NCBI GenBank assembly: GCA_963796965.1
Contig: CAWCNS010000002.1
Coordinates: 1-64,000, forward strand
Length of the DNA stretch: 64,000 bases
Direction: 5' to 3'
Origin: Calditrichia bacterium
GTDB taxonomy: Bacteria; Calditrichota; Calditrichia; JAJRVZ01
Shown: one piece after another, positions 31,562 through 42,408 of the stretch
Numbering within the stretch: position 1 is the first letter of the stretch
Layout of the letters: each line of letters opens with the position of its first letter
Notes under the pieces: model-generated
Database searches by the model: none
Seen by the model: the letters and a program-made list of their open reading frames with translations, nothing else
What the model was told of the DNA's origin: nothing
Translations under genes and position numbers: made by a program

Positions 31562-32660
31562 TCACTTTTTTTTCTTTTCACAATATTGCTTTAGATTAGT
31601 AATTGACTTTTGAAAGTTCAACGCAAGTTTTTTTCTAAAAATAATATCAAAAATATTACCGAGTAAAAAAATCTTGTTGTAATGAAACTGTACGGTAATT
31701 TGTGTGCCCCCTTCATTTTGCTCCATTATAAAAAAAGTTGTCGCCTGAGGGAAAAGAAGGCTTTTTACAGCTTTTTCAGCGTATTCAATTCGACCATCTT
31801 CCAGCTTGTTTTGTACAGTTTCAAGTTCAATAGTACCGCCGGGTAGTTCACAAATATGTCTCATTCCTATTCTGGGGATTTTGTTCTTATCATAAGTGAT
31901 ATTATTTAATCCCTCACTCCATTCTAAACGCTGTGCCAGATCAATCACAATATTGTAAATTGTATTTAGGGGCAAGTCAATTTGAGTAGATACCTCTATG
32001 GGATTTTTGTATTTTTTTGCATCCTGAGGTGGAGACAAAGCGGTTAACTTTGATAGGAGCGGAGAGAACTCCAAATATGAATAATTAATTTTACCAATAT
32101 GATCATAAGTATCAGAACCTTGGCATATCTGTCCCCAATCAAAATCTGCAGAAAGCGTTTGCGTTGTATGCAAAGTTGTGTATGCGTCACTCATCAATAA
32201 ATACTCATCACTCTTAATGTTATTTTTCATCAAACGATGAATCAAAATAACATTTTTACCAACGATCTTGGTATGCTCTCGTATTTGTGAAATGCCTATT
32301 TCTCCATAATGCAAAAAGAATTTTAGAGTGAGTCTGACTGGCCGTTCTACATGCACCACATTGACAAACTGAATCTTTTTCAATTCGTTTAAGGTAGTTA
32401 TGAAAATTTAAAAAGAAAGATTTTGATTGCCGTGCTATTTCTGCTGGATCAGGTGCCTTACCGAATTTATAAAAAAGAATAGCATCACCTTCAATCTCTG
32501 ATACCTTCAGGTCAATTTCATTCACATCTAAAAGAACTTCGATCAACTCTTCAATAATATGCTGGCTATGATCAATTTCGGTGCTATTTACAAATTTTGT
32601 AAATCCACTTATATCCGGGATAAAGATTAAAGCGTTTTTATCCGTCAATCTATCCTCCAA
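31562..32660 (-). CDS. DUF2652 class-III nucleotide-cyclase-like domain + SRPBCC/START domain (+1 frameshift near 32333)
   Basis: IPDISGFTKFV, EIEGDAILF, CQCGAC, LTLKFFLHYGE, GKNVILIHRLMKN. C-terminal SRPBCC-like region (RLEW...RHICE...LKQYCE). Confidence 0.8.
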
Positions 32661-32792
32661 AAAATCCTGAGATGTTATTCAAAGGAATGTAACTCAATTT
32701 TTATTTTTTTATTTTGTTTTATCTTTCTATAACGTACTTTATTTTATTTAATTTCTCAAATACAAAAATCATAATTTTAGATCAGGAAAAAC

Positions 32793-33281
32793 ATGAAAAC
32801 TTTATACCTCGTTCGCCATGCAAAATCGAGTTGGAAACATCCGGACCTTAGTGATTTCGAAAGACCCTTGAATAATCGCGGGAGAAATGATATCCCCAGA
32901 ATTAGTAAAAAACTTCAGGATATGAATATATTTCCCGATATCATCATTTCAAGTCCAGCTAACAGAGCAGCAACAACCGCCCGGAAAATCGCAGAAATAC
33001 TGGGTTATCCCCTTGGTGATATCCAATATAATGATCTTATTTATGAGGCAAGTGTCCAGGTATTATATAAAATTATCTCCACACTTGAGGAAAATTATTC
33101 AAGCGTAATGTTAGTAGGGCATAACCCTGGAATGACATTTCTCGCTAATTCTCTCTCAAACCATTCTATCACAAACCTACCCACTTGTGGCGTTTTTGCC
33201 ATTGAACTACCAAAATCTCCCTGGAATGAGATAAACGAAGATTCAGGAATTATGAAATTTTTTGAGTATCCAAAAAAATAA
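32793..33281 (+). CDS. sixA: SixA-type histidine phosphatase
   Basis: LVRHAKSSW, DFERPLN.RG, SSPA.RA, VGHNP. Confidence 0.9.
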   Translation: MKTLYLVRHAKSSWKHPDLSDFERPLNNRGRNDIPRISKKLQDMNIFPDIIISSPANRAATTARKIAEILGYPLGDIQYNDLIYEASVQVLYKIISTLEENYSSVMLVGHNPGMTFLANSLSNHSITNLPTCGVFAIELPKSPWNEINEDSGIMKFFEYPKK

Positions 33282-33289
33282 TAAAGTGA

Positions 33290-35357
33290 ATGGAGATCAT
33301 GAAAAATTTTAAATATTATGATAGGGAGTTAAGTTGGTTGTCTTTCAACCACCGTGTTTTACAAGAAGCAATGGACCCTCTTGTCCCATTACATGAAAAA
33401 ATAAAATTTATGGCGATTTTTTCGTCTAATCTTGATGAGTTTTTTCGGGTAAGAGTCGCCTCTCTAAGATCACTTCTCCCTTTGAAAAAAAAGATTCAAA
33501 AAGATCTTAAACTGAATCCAATTGAATTATTAAAACAGATTCAGACAACTGTAGATATACATCAAAAGGAACTGGGTGAAATACTACGCAATACAATAAT
33601 ACCAGACTTAGAAAAGCATGATATTATTCTTACAGATGGTTCCGACTTCGATGAAAGTCAAATAAATTATGCCCATGATTATTTCAGATATGAAATTTTC
33701 CCTCATTTAAGACCTTCACTCCTGGTGAGGAATAAAATCACTGTATTTTTACAGAATAAAGCCCTCTATTTTGCAGTCCGTTTAAATGTAAAATTTGATC
33801 GTTCTGGTAAATTGTCAAAAAGTTCCAGATCCAGCTATGCTCTTGTGGAAATCCCCACCATGCACCTCCCTCGATTCATCAGAATGCCTGACAAAGGAGG
33901 CAAAAATATTTTAATCTTTCTGAGATGACATTATGCGATTATTTTTGAGTGACATCTTTCCCGGCTATATAGTTAAAGAAATTTATTCAATAAAACTCAC
34001 CCGTGATGCTGAGATGTATATCGAGGACGAATTTTCGGGTGATTTATTAGCAAAAATCAAACAGGGCATTACACAACGTAAAACAGGTGTACCATCCAGG
34101 TTTTTGTACGATGAAAAAATGCCAGCAAATTTTCTTGGTTTTCTAAGAGAATCTTTTACGCTTAAAAAAGAGGATCTCGTAGCGGGGGGCCGCTATCATA
34201 ATTTTAGCGATTTTATTTCCTTTCCTCGTTTGGGTCCAAAATCATTGCAAGATAAAAAAATTCCTACTGTCAGATTACCTGAAGTCGATCATGCTCCATC
34301 TATTTTTTTAGAGTTGTCAAAAAGAGAAATCTTAACCTTTTATCCGTATCATAGTTTTGATTATGTCATCAGATTTTTAAAAGAAGCAGCGGAAGACCCT
34401 TCCGTAGAAGAGATATCGATCACCCTCTACAGAGGTGCACCGGACTCGCAGGTAATTCGGCAATTGATCCGGGCAGCCAATTCAGGTAAAATCGTGACAG
34501 TTTTTGTTGAATTAAAAGCACGTTTTGACGAAGAGTCCAATATATTGTGGGGGCAAACATTCGAACAGGAGGGCATTCGGGTTCTATACAGTATACCCGG
34601 ATTAAAAGTCCATTCTAAATTATGTCTTGTCTCTCGAAGGGAAAGAAATAGAATAAAATTGTATGCTTATTTAGCTACAGGAAATTTTAATGAGAAAACT
34701 GCAAAAATATATAGCGATTTCGGTTTTTTCACCAGCGACCCCAGAATCACCAAAGAGATTAAGATGGTTTTTAATTATTTGAACAAAGTCCCAGTTGACA
34801 AAAAGTACAACCATTTATTAGTCGCCCCATTTAATATGCGTAAAAAATTTTACAACCTGATCGAAGAGGAAGTAAGATTTGCCTCTCAAGGTAAACCAGC
34901 CTTCATCGATGTTAAATTAAATAGTCTCGAGGATAAGAAGATTATTCAAAAACTTTATAAAGCAAGCAATGCTGGAGTAAAAATTCGGATAATTGTGAGA
35001 GGGATATGTTGTCTTATACCCGGTGTAAAGAATATGAGCGAAAATATTGAAGTTATAAGTATCATCGATCGATATCTCGAGCATGCCCGAATGTATAGTT
35101 TTCACAATGGCGGACAGAAAATCATTTACCTTGCTTCTGCTGACTGGATGCGAAGGAATCTGTCAAGAAGGATTGAGGTTGCATTTCCAATCTATGGAAA
35201 AGACCTTCAAAATAAATTACTTCATATCTTTGATTTGCAATGGCGAGATAACGTAAAATCCCGGTTGATCGATACATTACAGCAAAATAGTTATAAAGAA
35301 AAAGCTATAGATAATCTGTGCCGATCACAGTTGGAAACTTATGAATATTTAAAATAG
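33290..35357 (+). CDS. ppk1: Polyphosphate kinase 1 (+1 frameshift near 33922)
   Basis: RELSWLSFNHRVL, NLDEFFRVRV, ELKARFDEE.N, KVHSK, TGNFN, SADWMRRNL.RRIEV. Correction restores IFLDDIMR. Confidence 0.95.
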
Positions 35358-35989
35358 TAAAGTAAATATCTGTATATCTGTTCAAAAGAATCAACAATTA
35401 AATCCGCTTCTTCCAAATATTTCCGTGATAAGGTTGTTGTAATCGCAATTACAAACATTCCGGCTGATTTCCCTGCCTTTACACCCATTGGCGCATTCTC
35501 AATCACAATGCAATCCCTCGGATTTAAGCCAAGTGCTGAAGCTCCCTTCAAATACGGTTCCGGAAAAGGTTTGGTGTCTTTTACATCATCAGATGTGATA
35601 CTTGCGGAGAAATAATCCCTAAAATGATTGTTAATAATTTCGCTCACGCGATCCCGCATCCCCCCTGTAACAACAGCCATCTTAATATGCCGGGATTTTA
35701 AATCATCTAAAAGTGTAAAAATTCCATCATAAAATATGGGCTCAAATATCCTGTTATAATACTTAATCTTATCCAGCATAATTTCATCTTTAAAATGGGG
35801 ATCTATACCATATCGGTCAACCAAAGTTTCAACAACAGATTTCACCCCTCTTCCTTCAAGTTGATAGAAATCTTCCTCTGACACTGTGGCTTCAAAACGA
35901 CTAAATGAATCTCTCCACGCCTCAAGATGTTGCTCCATACTTTTCAAAAGTACGCCATCCATATCAAATAAAACACCCTTAGACTTCAA
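35339..35989 (-). CDS. HAD-family phosphatase (beta-PGM/CbbY-like)
   Basis: FDMDGVL, KPFPEPY, IENAPMG..AG. Confidence 0.9.
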   Translation of the reverse strand: MKSKGVLFDMDGVLLKSMEQHLEAWRDSFSRFEATVSEEDFYQLEGRGVKSVVETLVDRYGIDPHFKDEIMLDKIKYYNRIFEPIFYDGIFTLLDDLKSRHIKMAVVTGGMRDRVSEIINNHFRDYFSASITSDDVKDTKPFPEPYLKGASALGLNPRDCIVIENAPMGVKAGKSAGMFVIAITTTLSRKYLEEADLIVDSFEQIYRYLLYYFKYS

Positions 35990-36349
35990 ACAATATTCTC
36001 GCTTTCCTATTAATTGATTTATCTAAAAATTTAAAGATCTCATTTCTACTATTGATAAGACCATAAGAAAAATGATACTTCTTTTTTACAAAGGCCACTT
36101 CATTCCATTAGAAATATATTAGAAATTATTGATCGTTTGGATTTCGTGATCTTACACATCCCGAAAACAAGAATTGATCAAATTCAGCAAATATGACAAC
36201 AATTTCAAACTATGAAGTTAATTCCGACGATCTGCCTCACCATTTTTGATACATATCCTAGCAGCTGAAGAATTTTGTGAATGATTTTATATCAGGTAAT
36301 TAAAATGGTATGTTGCGATGAGATAATTCAAATATCGAGATGAATTGCA

Positions 36350-37264
36350 CTAAACAATTGGTTTCCTTTTTTTACGATACCGCTGAAAAAGATTGGCATC
36401 AAGTTTTTCCATATAAGCCTCCTGTTCCCAGATTATCCCTTTTTCTTTCGGCAAAAACTCTCTCACATACTCAGTCAAATACAGACAACGAACAAAGTGC
36501 CGGTATTTTTCTGAGGCATAATATTTAACCTGTAAAATTCGCTCATTTCTTTCTTTTTGCTGCATCACCTGAAAGAAAGCCGTATCATCAATCCAAACAA
36601 GCCAGTTTCGATACCAGGATTCGAAAGGGACCAACCAGGCACCAACCTCACCCTTTCCGTGAATCGAACGCAGACGACCATATAAGTTCCTAATTTGTTC
36701 TGTTCCGATATCTTCAGCCAGCAATTCGTTTCCACCAAGAAATACAGCCTGCGAAAGATAGGCCATCCCTTTTTCTTCTTCCTGCAGAACAAAGTGACAT
36801 TTACTTAAAAATATTCGGGCGAGTAAATTATCTGCTTCATGATTAAGAACAACTGAGAGGTTTTCTCGTGCGACATCGTATCTTTTCTCAATAAAACAAA
36901 AAATTCCTGTTGGCAAATCAAAAGAAACAGTTTGTTTTGCGGCCAAAAATATTTTTGCGAATAATCGCTGCATGATGTGATATGCATAAGAACTAAGTTG
37001 ATTTTTATTCATCTGTTGTCGAAGAAACAACCAGGCGTCGAAAAGTTTTTGTGGCTCAGATATTTGCGTACTCAGATAATGCGTAATAAGTTGTCGCATA
37101 TCACTTGCAGCCTTCTGCCATACAGGAGCACCAGTAATTTGGGCATAATTTTCCCAAAGTCTAACTGCAGCTTCATAATCATGATCAAAAAATTTATGTT
37201 CGGCCTCCTCTACGAGATTCTCGAAGGAGGACCATATTGAAACTTGATTTAGTTCATTTGCCAT
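36350..37264 (-). CDS. Hypothetical alpha-helical (TPR-like) protein
   Basis: 304-aa ORF with TPR-like helices (GIFCFIEKRYDVARENL...ARIFLSKCHF). Confidence 0.65.
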   Translation of the reverse strand: MANELNQVSIWSSFENLVEEAEHKFFDHDYEAAVRLWENYAQITGAPVWQKAASDMRQLITHYLSTQISEPQKLFDAWLFLRQQMNKNQLSSYAYHIMQRLFAKIFLAAKQTVSFDLPTGIFCFIEKRYDVARENLSVVLNHEADNLLARIFLSKCHFVLQEEEKGMAYLSQAVFLGGNELLAEDIGTEQIRNLYGRLRSIHGKGEVGAWLVPFESWYRNWLVWIDDTAFFQVMQQKERNERILQVKYYASEKYRHFVRCLYLTEYVREFLPKEKGIIWEQEAYMEKLDANLFQRYRKKRKPIV

Positions 37265-37503
37265 AATATTTAATTTTAATCAGTGTACTTTAAACACACC
37301 GAAATTTACCGGTATATCAATTGGGGATAAAGGAATATCTAACAGTCGGAGGGATCCTCATTTAAATTGTAAAGAGGAACACAACAAAATAACAGTTTTA
37401 TGGAAGCCCTCTATACGCTTATCCCTTTGTCTGGCTGGCCTGAATAAATAAAAATTCAGGATAGATAATTCCTCACCTGGAGCCAGATTACCCCGTAGTT
37501 CAA

Positions 37504-37532
37504 TAATCGACGATATAGAAAAAAGCTTTAGG
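37504..37532 (-). promoter_or_regulatory. Putative sigma-28-type promoter
   Basis: Minus strand CCTAAA-N15-GTCGATTA, with the same CCTAAAG start as the 1291-1320 site. Confidence 0.45.
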
Positions 37533-37689
37533 AAATTAAAAAAAAATTATGAGCACCTATTTATGTTTGTAAAACGCAAATATTGGTCTAATGTTTCTTG
37601 GAACAATATAAATTACAAGACTGAAGGTAATAAGGCATAATTTAATAGTTGAAATTTACAAATATTGAGATAGCCCCTATCCAGAAATT

Positions 37690-38664
37690 CTATTCCAGAT
37701 CATCATAGTCCATCACACAATCTTTGCCCATCTTTTTGGCCCGATAAAGGGCCTTGTCAGCCGCATTTATCAAATCATCTTTCTTAAATGACTCCCGCAT
37801 CGATGCAAGACCGGCACTAAAGGTAATACTCATCTGATGTCCGTTATAAGCAATTTTTTCATTCTTAAATTCTTCTCGTATACGATTTACAAAATTTTTA
37901 ATATTTTGAGATTTATCACCATTAGCTATGATTGCGAATTCTTCCCCGCCATAGCGAAATGCCGAATCCTCGAGACGCATATTATCCTGCAAAATGCGGC
38001 CAAAAACTCGCAAAACCTCGTCTCCTGCAGAATGGCCAAAACTATCATTTAAAATTTTAAAATCATCCAGGTCAATAATCACTAATGTAAAAGCTAATTT
38101 TTTCTCGCTAAAAAGAGACATCCCTTTCTCAAGTATTTGATTAAAAGAGCGACGGTTCAACAATCTTGTCAGGGCATCAGTCCCCGCCTCATTTCGATAT
38201 TTGTTGATATCCTCAAGCAATTCGGCGGTAATATTGGTTAAATCATCTAATCTGCGAGCAGGTTTTTTAAGAAAACTATATCTTTTAAATGCCTTCCTTA
38301 CAATTTTATATAATTTAGATGTTTCCAGGGGCAACTTGAGCAGATAATTTACATGAGCTTTATTTACAGCGCTCTCAATCAATTCCTGGCCTAGATGGTC
38401 TGTCAAATATATCCGTTGCGTATGTGGATGCTGACGCATTATATAGCGCAAAAAATCAATCTCAGAATTCTTTCCATTAGTACAAAATGTAAGGACCGCT
38501 GCTGCCTCTCTTTGGTGCATCATCCGGATTATACTTTTTTTATCTGAAGCGTACTCAATCTCAATACCATTTTCTTGAAGAGAATCCATATCAACCTCAG
38601 ATGAATCTGAGTTAGGGTCATAAACCAGAATATAATTTTGTAATGATAGGTGATTAATATCCAT
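37690..38664 (-). CDS. Diguanylate cyclase with degenerate REC domain
   Basis: DALTRLLNRR, DLDDFK..ND.FGH..GD, RYGGEEF, ADKALYRAK..G. The N-terminal REC-like fold lacks the canonical Asp. Confidence 0.9.
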   Translation of the reverse strand: MDINHLSLQNYILVYDPNSDSSEVDMDSLQENGIEIEYASDKKSIIRMMHQREAAAVLTFCTNGKNSEIDFLRYIMRQHPHTQRIYLTDHLGQELIESAVNKAHVNYLLKLPLETSKLYKIVRKAFKRYSFLKKPARRLDDLTNITAELLEDINKYRNEAGTDALTRLLNRRSFNQILEKGMSLFSEKKLAFTLVIIDLDDFKILNDSFGHSAGDEVLRVFGRILQDNMRLEDSAFRYGGEEFAIIANGDKSQNIKNFVNRIREEFKNEKIAYNGHQMSITFSAGLASMRESFKKDDLINAADKALYRAKKMGKDCVMDYDDLE

Positions 38665-38758
38665 TTATATACTATAATGAAACGGGAGAACTAATCAAAA
38701 ATGTAACTAAGCATAGCCATCTGTGATAATCAGATTACATTCTCCAATATCAAACTTT

Positions 38759-40372
38759 CTATTTATTATTATTAAACAAAAGAGATGCTTTGACAAATTC
38801 CCGAAAAAGTGGATGCGCATGCGTGGCTCTCGATTTCAGTTCAGGATGAAACTGGCATCCAACAAACCAGGGATGATTATCCAACTCAATCATTTCAACC
38901 AGCTTCTCATCTGGTGACAAACCGCTGAATATCATTCCATTATCCAGGAAAACCTCTCGAAATTTATTGTTAACCTCAAATCGGTGTCGGTGCCTTTCAC
39001 TGATCATCTCAGATTTATAAGCTTTGTGTGCCCTCGAATTATTACTGAGTTGGCAATCATAAGCGCCCAGTCTCATGGTGCCACCTTTTTGGGTAACCGT
39101 TTTCTGATCTTCCATTATATCAATTACAGGATGTTCAATATCAAGTGCAAATTCTGCGCTGTTCGCATCCGCCCATCCCACAACATTTCTGGCATATTCG
39201 ATAACAGCACATTGCAGCCCCAGGCAGATTCCAAAAAATGGAACCTTATTTTCACGGGCATATTTCACAGTTAGCAATTTCCCTTCAATTCCTCTTTCGC
39301 CAAATCCACCTGGTACGAGTATACCAGCGACATCACTCAAGTATTTCTTCTCTGTACCTTCTGCAATTTCTTCCGTATTTATCCATTTCAAATTCACCTT
39401 TACATCATTTTCTATTCCGGCATGAACAAATGATTCCATGATACTTTTATATGCGTCGGGTAAAGCAACATATTTTCCACAAATTGCAATGGTAATTTCT
39501 TTTTCTATAGATTTAAACCGCTGGATTAACTTCTTCCATATAGATAAATTTGCTTTTTTACCATTAAATCCAAAATGGTCAGCAACAAGCACATCGAATT
39601 TCTGTTTGGCAAATAATAATGGCACTTCATAAATAGTCGGTACATCTATCGCTTCAATCACAGCTTCCGGACGTACATTACAGAATAATGCGATCTTGTC
39701 TTTCACAGCCTTGGGAAGGGTTCGATCACTTCGACATAAGAGAATATCAGGTTGGATACCAATTTCTCGCAATCGCATTACAGAATGCTGAGTCGGTTTT
39801 GTTTTTAGTTCATCCCCGCCAGAAATAAACGGAACCAAAGTCAAATGAACATAAAGGGTATTTCCTCTGGGTTCATCTAATCCAAATTGGCGAATAGCTT
39901 CTAAAAAAGGCAAACTTTCAATATCACCAACTGTACCCCCGATCTCCACAATGATGACATCAAGATCTTTTTTTTGATTAACCCTACGAATCCGTTTTTT
40001 AATTTTATCTGTAATGTGTGGGATTACCTGGATAGTGGCACCAAGAAAAACACCTTTGCGTTCTTCTTTTATAGTCTCGTCATAAATTTGTCCGGTTGTC
40101 GTATTATTTAATCGAGACATATTTTGATCAAGAAATCTCTCATAATGACCAAGATCCAGATCTGTCTCAGCTCCATCATCAGTAACATAAACTTCGCCGT
40201 GTTGATAAGGACTCATGGTGCCTGGATCTACATTTAGATAAGGATCCAGTTTCATTATTGATACATTTAGTCCTCTGGACTTAAGCAAGTACCCCAATGA
40301 AGCACAGGATATCCCTTTTCCAAGAGAAGATACCACACCACCGGTTATAAAAATATACTTACATTTGCTCAT
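38759..40372 (-). CDS. pyrG: CTP synthase
   Basis: GGVVSSLGKG, DPYLNVDPGTM, KTKPTQHSV, GICLG, HPE. Confidence 0.98.
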   Translation of the reverse strand: MSKCKYIFITGGVVSSLGKGISCASLGYLLKSRGLNVSIMKLDPYLNVDPGTMSPYQHGEVYVTDDGAETDLDLGHYERFLDQNMSRLNNTTTGQIYDETIKEERKGVFLGATIQVIPHITDKIKKRIRRVNQKKDLDVIIVEIGGTVGDIESLPFLEAIRQFGLDEPRGNTLYVHLTLVPFISGGDELKTKPTQHSVMRLREIGIQPDILLCRSDRTLPKAVKDKIALFCNVRPEAVIEAIDVPTIYEVPLLFAKQKFDVLVADHFGFNGKKANLSIWKKLIQRFKSIEKEITIAICGKYVALPDAYKSIMESFVHAGIENDVKVNLKWINTEEIAEGTEKKYLSDVAGILVPGGFGERGIEGKLLTVKYARENKVPFFGICLGLQCAVIEYARNVVGWADANSAEFALDIEHPVIDIMEDQKTVTQKGGTMRLGAYDCQLSNNSRAHKAYKSEMISERHRHRFEVNNKFREVFLDNGMIFSGLSPDEKLVEMIELDNHPWFVGCQFHPELKSRATHAHPLFREFVKASLLFNNNK

Positions 40373-40793
40373 TATTATCATCCACTTTGGTCATATTATT
40401 GAATATATAATTTTCTATTTTTTTCAGATATTTTCTTCATCTATACATATAGTTATAGAGTCTGTATTTATCTTTCAATCAATGTAAGCGAAAATTTTCC
40501 ATTCACCATCCAGGCAAATATTGAGCTGTATATTGGGCTGGAATATTACTAATGATTTTTACCTTAAGACTATGGAGACATGTTATATCCCTTCCACACC
40601 CTTCTACATACCGAATATATTCATATTAATCTTTCGGGAACAAATAAACAGTGGAAAATCCTCGATAAAACGAACGGGTTAGAAAAAATACTATTATGGG
40701 GATTAAAGATACAAAATTTCAATGAAATATAAAATAAAAAAGCAATTCTGAATCATTTTCATTAATAATATCGCTCATTTATCTCCAATAAAG

Positions 40794-41132
40794 TTGTTTT
40801 TGATCGCACGATGGGGTAAAATTTCAGGAATTAATGGCGATCTAAGTAAATTTACAAAAAAGATTCATTGGTCAGAGAACGAATTGAGGGAGATATGGAT
40901 GAAAGCAGGTGTACATCTGTATCTTGAAAGCAATGATATTATTTATTCAGGATTTGGATGGCTAACTCTGCATACTAAATCAGGAGGAGATAAAACAATC
41001 AAGTTTCCAGCACCGATACAACTAGTTGATCCCCTAAAGGGAGAAATACTTTCTAAAAATACTATTTCCTATAAATTGTTTTTACAGCCAAACAGTACAA
41101 GAATTTTCAGAATATTTCCACCCGACCGTTGA
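40794..41132 (+). pseudogene. C-terminal fragment of a glycoside-hydrolase-like protein
   Basis: LREIWMKAGVHLY.ESNDIIY...LHTKSGGDKTIKFP resembles the tail of beta-galactosidase-like proteins. No N-terminal part or RBS. Confidence 0.45.
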
Positions 41133-41162
41133 GACCCATAGGAAGAAGGCAAAGAAAACCGC

Positions 41163-42116
41163 CTATTGGCGTTTTTCTTCAACAACAATTCTATTTAGTG
41201 AAGGATCATTAAAGAAGTAATGTCTCGGGTTAACTTCTTTTCCATCAAAATGTACTTCAAAGTGGAGATGTGGCGCAGTAGCTATACCGGTTTCACCTAC
41301 AAGTCCGATTTTATCGCCTCGTTTAACCCTTTGGCCTCTTCTCACTAATATTTTTTGCATATGACCATACCTGGTCTCAAAACCATATATATGATCAAGA
41401 AAAACACAATTTCCGTACCCACCATTGTGTTTCGCTACTTTTACAATTCCATCAGCAGCGGCATAAATGGGAGCACCAGCTTTTGCGGCAAAGTCTATAC
41501 CTGGATGTTTCCGGTATCTTTTATAAATTGGATGCAAACGCATACCGAATTCTGAAGTGATACGTCCATCAAGAACAGGATGTAAGGCAGGCATATGTCG
41601 TATACTGTCTTCCTTGGCCTGATAAGTACTAATCAAACCACTAAAACTTTGCAGTTCTAATTTAACCTCACGTTCAAGTTTGTCAATCATAAGCATTTGC
41701 TCATTCAGATCCTCGGCAACATCCGGGTTTACAACTTGATCTGCAAATTTATATTCGAAATTCGTACCACCGATACCTACATCCCGGACGTCTTCACCAA
41801 GCTCTTTTACGCCCATGATCATACGGATCTCGTCATCACGTTTTTCAATCACAGAAAGATTTTCATTAACAACTTCTATTTTCTCTCTCATTTCTGTCAA
41901 TTGATTTTTCAGGAATTGATTATTCTTTTCTAAGAATTCAACTTTTGAATCATAACGAAACTCTAATAACCAATCCAAACTGAACTTTCCTCCAGCCAGA
42001 AAGGCCGCCAGAAAAAGAACAGAGAACAATAGAAACTTGTACCTGGAAATTTTTAATTCTTTAATATATGATTTGTCTTTTGAGACAAAAATGATCGTAG
42101 ATTCCTCTTTAGCCAA
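41163..42116 (-). CDS. M23 family metallopeptidase with TM anchor and coiled coil
   Basis: HPGIDF, YGHM, PHLHFEV. TTG start at 42116 after AAGGAG. Confidence 0.92.
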   Translation of the reverse strand: MAKEESTIIFVSKDKSYIKELKISRYKFLLFSVLFLAAFLAGGKFSLDWLLEFRYDSKVEFLEKNNQFLKNQLTEMREKIEVVNENLSVIEKRDDEIRMIMGVKELGEDVRDVGIGGTNFEYKFADQVVNPDVAEDLNEQMLMIDKLEREVKLELQSFSGLISTYQAKEDSIRHMPALHPVLDGRITSEFGMRLHPIYKRYRKHPGIDFAAKAGAPIYAAADGIVKVAKHNGGYGNCVFLDHIYGFETRYGHMQKILVRRGQRVKRGDKIGLVGETGIATAPHLHFEVHFDGKEVNPRHYFFNDPSLNRIVVEEKRQ

Positions 42117-42408
42117 AACTGACTCCTTAGCCCTTAATCCTTGAAGGTTTAATTGGTGATTGTGAAGCAAAACTGAGGGATAGACCCACCGACTTTGCAA
42201 AAATATTTAAATTCAAGGATTTTGTCAAGCTTTTTTATACTCCTAAAATAACAATTATCAATAATTTCGAGCCTAAATCTTAGTTTCGGATGGTTTTCAG
42301 GAAAATTAGCTAAAAAAAGAAAAAAATGCATTTTTTCTTTATCCTTATAATTAAACTGAAATTAGGCCATATATCGGTACGTTTTAGTTATTATATTTAT
42401 AACTTTTA

